Positions 7,500 through 14,545 of a stretch of 37,339 nucleotides of DNA are shown here, one piece after another. Position numbers and translations under genes: made by a program. The first letter of the stretch is position 1. Every line of letters begins with the position of its first letter. Source of the DNA: a virus (taxonomy: Duplodnaviria; Caudoviricetes); the IMG/VR virus record IMGVR_UViG_3300008005_000038, positions 1 through 37,339 of that record; one strand, 5' to 3'. The notes under the pieces were generated by a model. That model did no database searches and had not been told where the DNA came from. It was given only the letters and a program-made list of their open reading frames with translations.

Positions 7500-7530
7500 G
7501 CCCGGCCGGCCCCGGCTGGCCGGGCCTTTT
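7500..7530 (+). terminator. Intrinsic terminator-like hairpin upstream of the RNA array
   Basis: GCCCGGCCGGC/GCTGGCCGGGC stem followed by CTTTT. Confidence 0.55.
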
Positions 7531-7541
7531 CGCCGCTTTCC

Positions 7542-8046
7542 GAGCGGCGCCCGTATGCCGGACGATCCAGTGCCACTGGTGAGGGCGATGGCGGATCGGG
7601 TGTCGCTCCGAGCGCGGCGAGCCAGCGACGGCCTTACGTCGCAGCCCATGTCGGGCTCATGACCCGGCATGTCGGGGTTGGCATCCCGACGCTCAACCAA
7701 TCCCGAGCGAAAGCAACCGATCGCGGAGCCGGTCCTAACGGGCACGGAGGCTACGGGCCGGCGTTTGCGAGTAGGCGATCCATGACGCGGATCATGGACC
7801 GTAGCTGCACGGCGGAAACGGCGGCAGAGGCCAAAGGGCCGCGGCGGGTGGAAGCCCCGCACCTGCCGCTTTCCGGCGGGTGCAGATTAGCCGTCCATCG
7901 CAAGACCCGGACGGCGCGGGCCGGTGGAGATGGCCGCCACCGCTGCACCCACCCGAGCGCGGCGAACTGCCATGGACGGCGGGCTTACTTTGCCAAGGAC
8001 GCGACCCGGAAACGGGCTGTGGGATCGGTTCCCACCGCCGCGCTCG
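7542..8046 (+). ncRNA. Tandem array of tRNA-like/multibranched structured RNA modules
   Basis: Abutting closed modules at about 7542-7608, 7610-7699, 7721-7770, 7771-7808, 7813-7875, 7878-7950 and 7954-8046. G.U pairs favour the + strand; T-loop-like and GNRA loops are present. Confidence 0.65.
7610..7699 (+). tRNA. Degenerate tRNA-fMet-like element (anticodon CAT, 3' ACCA)
   Basis: Anticodon arm ATGTCGGG-CTCATGA-CCCGGCAT with three consecutive G-C pairs; T-like arm GTCGGG..CCCGAC; GAGCG/CGCTC closing stem; ends CAACCA. Confidence 0.55.
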
Positions 8047-8049
8047 ACC
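7954..8049 (+). tRNA. Degenerate class-II-like cloverleaf (loop TTGCCAA, long variable arm)
   Basis: 11-bp closing stem CGAGCGCGGCG/CGCCGCGCTCG; D-like arm CTGCC-ATGGAC-GGCGG; variable arm CCCG-GAAA-CGGG; T arm GTGGG-ATCGGTT-CCCAC. Confidence 0.5.
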
Positions 8050-8052
8050 CTT

Positions 8053-8121
8053 GGCGCGCCACCTCCTCCCGGCGCGCCGCCCCGGCCCGTGCATCGCTCA
8101 CGGGACAGGACGGGCCGGGGC
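8053..8121 (+). ncRNA. Second cuckoo-type hairpin plus a 12-bp hairpin
   Basis: GGCGCGCC-ACCTCCTCCC-GGCGCGCC (8053-8078), then GCCCCGGCCCGT/ACGGGCCGGGGC (8079-8121). Confidence 0.65.
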
Positions 8122-8143
8122 CGTCATCCCCGCGGGGTGCGGC

Positions 8144-8356
8144 ATGAGCCCGGCCCGCGATATCCTGCGCGCGGCGCGCGGCGGGCAGCGGCCGGACCGT
8201 GACGCCCTGCGCCGCGCCAAGATCGCCAGCCTTGCCTCAGCCGAGGAAATCGAGGGCTACCGCCTCGGCGCCGCCTGGTCGCGCCGCGCCCTGACGGATG
8301 ACGAGCGCGCCGCGCTGACCCGCCGCGCGGCCGAGATCGCGAGGGCACGGCGATGA
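8144..8356 (+). CDS. Hypothetical phage protein
   Basis: MSPARDILRAARGG...; ATGA-coupled at both ends. Confidence 0.7.
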   Translation: MSPARDILRAARGGQRPDRDALRRAKIASLASAEEIEGYRLGAAWSRRALTDDERAALTRRAAEIARARR

Positions 8357-8811
8357 CCGGGCGCGTCGACGAGGAGGATTTCCGGGCGGCCTGGGGTCGG
8401 GCGCTCGGCTGGCCGATATCGCCGCGCGCTTCGGGATTTCGGTGAGCACGGTCAAGAACACGCGGATCGCGCTGGGTCTGCCGCCGCGCCACCGGGGCGG
8501 CGCGGGTCGCGCGCAGCTTGACGAGGCGGCGTTCCGCGCGGCCTGGGCCGACCCGCGCCTTTCCCGCGACGAGATCGCCCGCCGCTTCGGGATGTCGATC
8601 AGCAGCGTGGCGCTGACGGTCAAGCGCCTGGGCCTGCCGCCGCGCCCGGCAGCGGCAGCGCGACGAGCAGCTGCTGGGCTGGCTGGCCCTGCGCGAGGCC
8701 GGGCTGAGCTTTTCCGAGATCGCCCGACGCGCCGGGCTGACCCAGCAGGCTGTCAGCGCGGCGCTGCGCCCGATCGAGGCCGAGATGGAGGATGACGATG
8801 CCAAATCCTGA
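8353..8811 (+). pseudogene. Multi-HTH protein gene with two frameshifts (~8400 and ~8655)
   Basis: Two repeats of DE.xFRAAW...IAxRFGxSxSxV...LGLPPR and a third HTH (EAGLSFSEIARRAGLTQQAVS) are split between reading frames. The start frame stops at ~8443. Confidence 0.65.
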
Positions 8812-9028
8812 CGCGCTGAAAACCGCTCGTACCCGGATCGCCATGGCCGAGGAGCAATTGCAGATCGCCTGCACCGCCCTGCGCCGGCAGGGCTGGCCGG
8901 AAAACGCGGATGCGCTTGCCGTGGAGCTTAAGCGCCTGCGCATCTGGACGCAGGACGGCGGGTTTCTCGACTGCATGGCGCGCGAGGCGATCGAGGTCGC
9001 CGCGGACGATGCGGAGGGCACGCCATGA
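8798..9028 (+). CDS. Hypothetical phage protein
   Basis: MPNPDALKTARTRIAMAEEQL...; RBS GGAGGA. Confidence 0.7.
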   Translation: MPNPDALKTARTRIAMAEEQLQIACTALRRQGWPENADALAVELKRLRIWTQDGGFLDCMAREAIEVAADDAEGTP

Positions 9029-9360
9029 GCGACCCGCGCACCGCCTTCGCCTTCCGGGCCTTTGCCATGGCGATGAAGGCGCGCGCCCGGGCCCTGCGCC
9101 CGGCCGAGGCGCTGGATCTGTCGCTGGCCTGGGCCGACATGGTGCCGGGCGATTCCGAGGCCGCGATGGCGGTGCTGCGCTTCCAGGCCGGTCTGCGCGG
9201 CGACGGCGCGGCGGCGGGCGCGGCGTTGCACGATTTCCTGGTCGGCTGGTGCGACGCGGGCACGGCGGCGCAGGCCGACCGCGCCGAGGATCGGCTCGTC
9301 GCCTTCGACGCGCTGCCGCCGCGCTACGACTGGCAGGAGCGCAAGGATATCTGCGGATGA
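9025..9360 (+). CDS. Hypothetical phage protein
   Basis: 111-aa ORF, ATGA-coupled at both ends. Confidence 0.75.
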   Translation: MSDPRTAFAFRAFAMAMKARARALRPAEALDLSLAWADMVPGDSEAAMAVLRFQAGLRGDGAAAGAALHDFLVGWCDAGTAAQADRAEDRLVAFDALPPRYDWQERKDICG

Positions 9361-10481
9361 GCGTGACCCGGGATGATCCCCGCCTGGCCGAGGCCAAGGC
9401 GATGCCGATCCGCGAGGTCGTGGACCGGCTCGGGATCGACGGGCTGCGCCCGGCGGGGGCGGAGCTGGTCGGGCCGTGCCCGTTGTGCGGCGGCACGGAT
9501 CGGTTCGGGGTCAACCTGCGCAGCCACCGGTTCCTGTGCCGCCGCTGCGGGATCGCGGGGGGCGACACCGTGGCGCTGGTCATGGCGGTGGAGGGGCTGG
9601 GGTTTCGCGCCGCGCTCGACTGGCTCTGCGGCCCGGCGCGGGAGATCGACCCGGCAGAAAGGGCGCGGCGCGACGCGCTGGCCCGCAAAGCCGAGGAAGA
9701 ACGCGCGGCCGAGGCGCAGCGCTACCGGGACCTGGCCATGCGCGATGCGCGGACGATCTGGGCGCGGGCGGTGCGTGACGATGGCGACCGGCTGCGGGCC
9801 TATTTCGCGGCGCGCGGGCTGTCGGGGCTCGACCCGGCGCGGCTCGACGCGATCCGCGTCCTGCCCGACCACCCCTACGTGCGCAAGATCGGCGGGCAGC
9901 TGGTGACGCTGCATCGCGGCCCCTGCATGGTCGCGCGGATCGACGGGCCGGGCGCGGATTGCGTCGCGGTGCACCAGACCTGGCTGGCGGCGGATGGGCG
10001 CGGCAAGGCGCGGATCCGGCACGGCGGCAAGGATTACCCGGCCAAGATGGTGCGCGGCGCCAAGCGCGGCGGGGTGATCCGCCTGTCGGACCCGTGCCCC
10101 GGCTGGGCGGTGCTGGTCATGGGCGAGGGGATCGAGACGACGCTGACCGCGATGCTGGCGCGGGTCTTTCCGGATGCGAGCTACTGGGCCGGCGTGGACC
10201 TGGGCAACATCTCGGGCCGGATGGCGCGGGTCGAGGGCGTGAAATGGTCCGGCCTGCCCGACATGGACGACGCGGAGGCCTTCGTCCCGCCGCCCTGGGT
10301 GCGCCGCCTCGTGCTGATCGAGGATGGCGACAGCCATCCCGCGATGACCCGCGCCAAGCTGCTGTCGGGCGCGCGCCGCGCGATGCGTCTGCGCCCCGGC
10401 CTGAAGGCGCAGATCGTGCGCGCCGGCGACGGCGTGGATCTCAACGACTTGGTGACACCGGACCCGGAGGGGCAAGAATGA
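9357..10481 (+). CDS. Phage DNA primase (N-terminal zinc-binding domain plus Toprim-like domain)
   Basis: GPCPLCGGTDRF...CRRC zinc ribbon; GEGIETTLTA; IEDGDS; C-terminal GVDLND. Confidence 0.9.
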   Translation: MSVTRDDPRLAEAKAMPIREVVDRLGIDGLRPAGAELVGPCPLCGGTDRFGVNLRSHRFLCRRCGIAGGDTVALVMAVEGLGFRAALDWLCGPAREIDPAERARRDALARKAEEERAAEAQRYRDLAMRDARTIWARAVRDDGDRLRAYFAARGLSGLDPARLDAIRVLPDHPYVRKIGGQLVTLHRGPCMVARIDGPGADCVAVHQTWLAADGRGKARIRHGGKDYPAKMVRGAKRGGVIRLSDPCPGWAVLVMGEGIETTLTAMLARVFPDASYWAGVDLGNISGRMARVEGVKWSGLPDMDDAEAFVPPPWVRRLVLIEDGDSHPAMTRAKLLSGARRAMRLRPGLKAQIVRAGDGVDLNDLVTPDPEGQE

Positions 10482-10585
10482 GTCCGAACGCATTTCGCCG
10501 AAAGTATCCGCATTTGGCAAACCTCGGCCGCAACACGATCATCTCGATGCTGAGTGAGTTTCCACAGATGCGAGGCGGCGCATGA
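10478..10585 (+). CDS. 35-aa small ORF between primase and helicase
   Basis: MSPNAFRRKYPHLANLGRNTIISMLSEFPQMRGGA; ATGA overlaps at both ends. Confidence 0.5.
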   Translation: MSPNAFRRKYPHLANLGRNTIISMLSEFPQMRGGA

Positions 10586-12438
10586 CCGACGCCCCCGACG
10601 ACGACACGCCCGACCGCTACGCCCCGGTGCGCGAGGCCTTTGCCCGCGCCGAGGACGTGGACCTGCCGGAGGGCGAGGGCGGCGGCGGGCCGTCTGACGC
10701 GCCGCCGCCCTCGCCGTCGGGCGACGGCGCTGCGCCCGACCGGGCGGCCGAGGGCGCCCTGCAGCCGGCCAACGACACAGGCAACGGGGCGCGCTTTGCC
10801 CTCTATTGCGGCGACGATGCGATGTATGTGCCGCGCGTCGGCTGGCATGTCTGGGACGGCCGGCGCTGGCGGCTCGACCCGGACGGCATCGCAGTGCGCC
10901 GTCTCGCCCAGACAATCCACGAGCGGATCAAGGCCGAGATCCCGCACCTCAAGCTGCGCGTCGCCGAACGCCGCGCCGTCGACCGGCTCGACCGGCTGCG
11001 CGCCGATCTGCGTGCCCTCGACCGGGGCGAGGAGGGCCTCGATGCCGAGACGGCCGCCAAGCGGCGCGAGGAGCTGACCGTCGAGGCCGAAAAGCTCTCG
11101 TCTGCGCTGTGGGGCAGCGGCTCGACCCGAGCGCGGCACTTGACCTTCGCGAAATCGGCCGGCAACACCAACGCGATCAAGAACATGCTGACCGAGGCGG
11201 TCACGACGCTCGGCCGCGAAGTCGAGGACCTCGATGCCGCGCCGCTGACGATCAACACCCAAACCGGGGTGCTGTCCTTCCTTGTGACCGACATGCGCAG
11301 CGAGGGCGCCGGCAAGGTGGCCGAGCTGGCGCTGCTGCCGCATGAGCGGCGCGCGACGGTCCCGGGCCGCAACGCGTTGCAATACATCACCAAGATGATG
11401 CCGGTCGATTACGACCCGCACGCGACCTGCCCGCGCTTCGACGCTTTCCTGGAGCGTGTCCAGCCCGACGCGGCGATGCGCGGCTTCCTGCAGCGTTGGT
11501 TCGGCCTGTCGATGACGGCGCTGCCGGTGCAAAAATTCCTTTACTGCTACGGCATGGGGGCCAACGGCAAGTCGGTCCTGGCCGGGCTGATGCGCCGGAT
11601 GATGGGCGACTATGCCACGATGGTGCGGATCGAGAGCCTGACCGGCAAGAATCGCAAGTCCGGCTCCGACGCGACGCCGGACCTGATGCGCCTGATCGGG
11701 GCTCGCGCCGCGATCACCAACGAGCCGGAGGAAGGCGAGCGCCTGCAGGAACAGAAGGTCAAGGAGATGACCGGCGGCGACGAGATGCTGGTGCGCAACC
11801 TGCATTCCGACTTCGTGGCCTTCACCCCCTACTTCAAGCTGACGTTCACGGGCAACCACAAGCTCGACATCCGGGGCACCGATGACGGCATCTGGCGCCG
11901 CCCGCTGCTCTGCCCCTTCGACGTGCAGATCCCCGAGGAGGAGCGCGACGAGACGCTCGGCGACACCCTGTTCGCCGAGGAACGGTCCGGCATCCTCAAC
12001 TGGATGATTGCCGGGCTGATCGACTACCTCGAACGCGGCCTGCAGGAACCGCCCAGCGTCATCCAGGCGACCGAGGACTACCGCAAGGACAGCGACCCGG
12101 TGGGCGATTTCCTGGCCACGGGCTGCGAGATCGACGGCGCCGGCGACTTCCTGCCCGCGCGCGAGCTGGTTGATGCCTGCTACCTCTACCTGCTGGAAAA
12201 CACCGCCCATGCCTGGCAGCCCGGCAACCTGCAGCGAAAGCTGAAGGAGCGGGCCGAGAAATACGTCCACCCAGCCACTGGCAAGAGCTATGCCCGCCAC
12301 AAGCGCAACGGCACCTGGGGCTATTCCGGCATGCGGCTGACGCTGGCCATGCGCGACAAGCTGCACGAGGCGCCGCGCGACGCCAAGGGCCTGCCGATGC
12401 TGCGCAAGGACGCCGACGCCTGGGGCGACGGGACGTGA
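10582..12438 (+). CDS. P4/D5-family SF3 helicase (phage/plasmid primase-helicase C-terminal type)
   Basis: NDTGNGARF...WHVWDGRRW (D5_N); Walker A YGMGANGKS; KEMTGGD; GNHK; DDGIWRR. Confidence 0.93.
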   Translation: MTDAPDDDTPDRYAPVREAFARAEDVDLPEGEGGGGPSDAPPPSPSGDGAAPDRAAEGALQPANDTGNGARFALYCGDDAMYVPRVGWHVWDGRRWRLDPDGIAVRRLAQTIHERIKAEIPHLKLRVAERRAVDRLDRLRADLRALDRGEEGLDAETAAKRREELTVEAEKLSSALWGSGSTRARHLTFAKSAGNTNAIKNMLTEAVTTLGREVEDLDAAPLTINTQTGVLSFLVTDMRSEGAGKVAELALLPHERRATVPGRNALQYITKMMPVDYDPHATCPRFDAFLERVQPDAAMRGFLQRWFGLSMTALPVQKFLYCYGMGANGKSVLAGLMRRMMGDYATMVRIESLTGKNRKSGSDATPDLMRLIGARAAITNEPEEGERLQEQKVKEMTGGDEMLVRNLHSDFVAFTPYFKLTFTGNHKLDIRGTDDGIWRRPLLCPFDVQIPEEERDETLGDTLFAEERSGILNWMIAGLIDYLERGLQEPPSVIQATEDYRKDSDPVGDFLATGCEIDGAGDFLPARELVDACYLYLLENTAHAWQPGNLQRKLKERAEKYVHPATGKSYARHKRNGTWGYSGMRLTLAMRDKLHEAPRDAKGLPMLRKDADAWGDGT

Positions 12439-12499
12439 CGACCCGGGCGGCATATCCCGCGCGATCCGCCGCCCGACCCCCGCACCCCTTTACCCGTCT

Positions 12500-12830
12500 T
12501 CGAGTAAATCCGGGGCAGGTCGCGAAGTTCTGCCCCGTTCGGGGCAGGTCTCTCAGCCGGTGGCCGCCTGAAAAATCCCTTCTCTGTCAACGGGCTGCGC
12601 TCGCTTCGGGGCGCGCGGGGCGCGCGGGGCAGAAAAATGCGGGGTACGCGCGTGCGCGAGAAAGCATCGGGGTTCGGGGGGTGGTTCTTGCGTGTAGGTC
12701 TCGAATTTCTGCCCTATGCGCCCCGCGTGCCCCACCGGCCCTTTTTTGCGTGCGTTTCCAGCGGCTTGGCATTTCGGTTTCGTCCTCTGGGTTCTGCCCC
12801 GGCCTGCCTCCGTTCTGCCCCGCCGGCCCC
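12500..12830. repeat. Iteron-like (TT)CTGCCC(C) repeats in both orientations; putative replication origin
   Basis: Copies near 12512, 12528, 12541, 12626, 12706, 12791 and 12812 directly downstream of the helicase. Confidence 0.55.
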
Positions 12831-12885
12831 GTTACGATTCCACGAAATCAACATCTTGTTTCATCGAGGAAAAAGGAAACTAAAT

Positions 12886-13554
12886 ATGAAGGTCTTGAGG
12901 ATGGGCAGGTCTGGAAAAGTGGATCGGGCCGACCTGATCGCCCGCGGCACCCCGCCCGAGGCGTGCGGCGATGCGATCCCTGTGGCCCCGGCGCGCGGGC
13001 TGTTGCGCGCCTTCATGCCGGTGGAGCTGGCGCCGGACGGCAAGGGCGGGACGCGGCCCGTCGATGCCGGGTACCGGGGCCGGGCGGCGGCGCGCGTCGA
13101 GGATGCCTTCGACCGGATGGATCGGGCGCGGCGGGGCAAGGGGCCGGCCCCCTTCACGCCGGCGCAGGTCCAGATGGGTCGGTTTTACGCCACACTGACC
13201 GAGCGGGTCGCCTCGGCCGGGGTAAAGGGCACGTCGCTCGAAGCGCTGTCGCAGCGATCCGGCGGCGGCAATGCCGGGTTCATGGACGCGGTGATCGACG
13301 ACAGCCGACGGCTCGCCGCGCTGCATGCCCGGATCGGTGGCTGTGTGGCGATGAGCGTGCGGCGCATCCGCCCCTCGGCGCGGGGCAGCCGGCGGGAGAT
13401 CCTTGATCGCGGGCTGGTCGACGCGGTCTGCCTTGGCGGGATGATGCCCGACCAGGTGCTGCGTTCGGCGGGTTGGGCGGTCAACGGCCGCCACCGTGCC
13501 GCCCTGCGCGCGGCGTTGTCGGAGGCGCTCGACCGGATGATCGGCTACAACTGA
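12886..13554 (+). CDS. Putative late-gene regulator (Q-position protein)
   Basis: AAGGA RBS before ATG 12886; C-terminal LVDAVCLGGMMPDQVLRSAGW...LSEALDRM HTH-like; last early gene before the late promoter. Confidence 0.6.
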   Translation: MKVLRMGRSGKVDRADLIARGTPPEACGDAIPVAPARGLLRAFMPVELAPDGKGGTRPVDAGYRGRAAARVEDAFDRMDRARRGKGPAPFTPAQVQMGRFYATLTERVASAGVKGTSLEALSQRSGGGNAGFMDAVIDDSRRLAALHARIGGCVAMSVRRIRPSARGSRREILDRGLVDAVCLGGMMPDQVLRSAGWAVNGRHRAALRAALSEALDRMIGYN

Positions 13555-13567
13555 TGCACGAGGGGGC

Positions 13568-13650
13568 TTGACGGCTATGTCCGTCATGTGCATGGTCACC
13601 AATATCATCCACAAGAGCGCCCGGCGGGGGATACCCCGACCGGGCGTTCT
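13568..13650 (+). promoter_or_regulatory. Late promoter (PR'-like) followed by a terminator-like hairpin
   Basis: TTGACG-N17-CATGGT; dyad TGACGG/CCGTCA (13569-13586); hairpin ~13616-13648. Confidence 0.55.
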
Positions 13651-13681
13651 GCGTTCCGGGGTAGCCCGGCGAGGGAAAGTG

Positions 13682-14395
13682 ATGGACGCCACGATCAACC
13701 GGGCCGATCTGGCTGCGCTGAGCCAGCGTTTCCGGGATATCGAGACGCGGCACCTGCCAGATGTCACGCGCTGGGCGCTCAACGACATGGCTTTCGGTGT
13801 CCATGCCGAGAACAAGCGGCTGATCGACCGGGTCTTCGACAACCCGGTGCGCTTCACGCGCAACGCCTTCTGGGTGCGCAAGGCGACGCGCGACAATCCC
13901 GTCGCCGTGGTCGAGCGCAAGCGCATGGTGGTCGGCAAGCACTACCTTGAGGTGCAGCAGGAGGGCGGCACCCGCAGGCAGACCGGCATAGAAAAGATGC
14001 TGGCGCGGCGCCTGCCTTACGAAGGACTGATCCAGTCGGTTTTGCCCGCCTCGATCCGCACCAACGCGGCCGGCAACATCGCGCCGGGCGCGCTGCAGCG
14101 GCTGCTCTCGGGCGTCGGTGCACAGACCGACCGGAACCAGAACACGACCGATGCGAGCCGTCGGCGCAACCCGAGGCGCGCGCGGTTCTTCGTGCCTGAC
14201 GCCGACAGTCACCTGTCGCCGGGCGTCTATGCCGAGCGGGCGGGAGAGTTGACGAAGATGCTGCACTTAAGTGAAATGGCGCCGACCTATCGCAAGCGCT
14301 TCCCGATGGAAGAGCACGGCGAGACCGTGGCAGCCCGCGCCGCGCCTGCCGCAGTGGAGCGCGCCCTCGCGCGCGCCCTGCCCAATATCCGGTGA
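13682..14395 (+). CDS. Putative virion morphogenesis / tail-completion protein (gpZ/HK97-gp10-like)
   Basis: WALNDMA...VFDNPVRFTRNAFWVRKAT...YLEVQQEGGTR; first late gene. Confidence 0.55.
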   Translation: MDATINRADLAALSQRFRDIETRHLPDVTRWALNDMAFGVHAENKRLIDRVFDNPVRFTRNAFWVRKATRDNPVAVVERKRMVVGKHYLEVQQEGGTRRQTGIEKMLARRLPYEGLIQSVLPASIRTNAAGNIAPGALQRLLSGVGAQTDRNQNTTDASRRRNPRRARFFVPDADSHLSPGVYAERAGELTKMLHLSEMAPTYRKRFPMEEHGETVAARAAPAAVERALARALPNIR

Positions 14396-14447
14396 CGCCG
14401 CGCCGCGGCCGACCCGCCCCCGTGACCATGCTGCCGGACCCCTCGCC

Positions 14448-14525
14448 GGGTCCTTCCCTCAAAGCCCAGACCGCGGGTTATTCGCGCCCCGGTGTTTGAG
14501 GGCGCGCCGGATTTTTCCGGGGGTA
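14448..14525 (+). other. Putative cos packaging site (cosQ-cosN-like)
   Basis: GGGTCCT (identical to lambda cosQ) at 14448-54; dyad CGCG-GGTTATT-CGCG 17 bp later; immediately upstream of the small terminase. Confidence 0.65.
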
Positions 14526-14545
14526 AACTTTAGGTTCTTGTTTTC

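Noticed and set aside
7542-8046. CRISPR array or functional canonical tRNA cluster
   Set aside because: No regularly spaced identical repeats; the cloverleafs lack canonical TTCRA loops and 7-bp acceptor stems.
7434-8147. 237-aa ORF as a genuine protein
   Set aside because: Arg/Ala/Gly/Pro-rich with no motifs; the region is better explained by RNA structure. Kept only as a possible coupling frame.
12435-12885. Upstream extensions of the ORFs starting at 12435 and 12637
   Set aside because: They run through the repeat-rich origin-like region; a good RBS supports the start at 12886.
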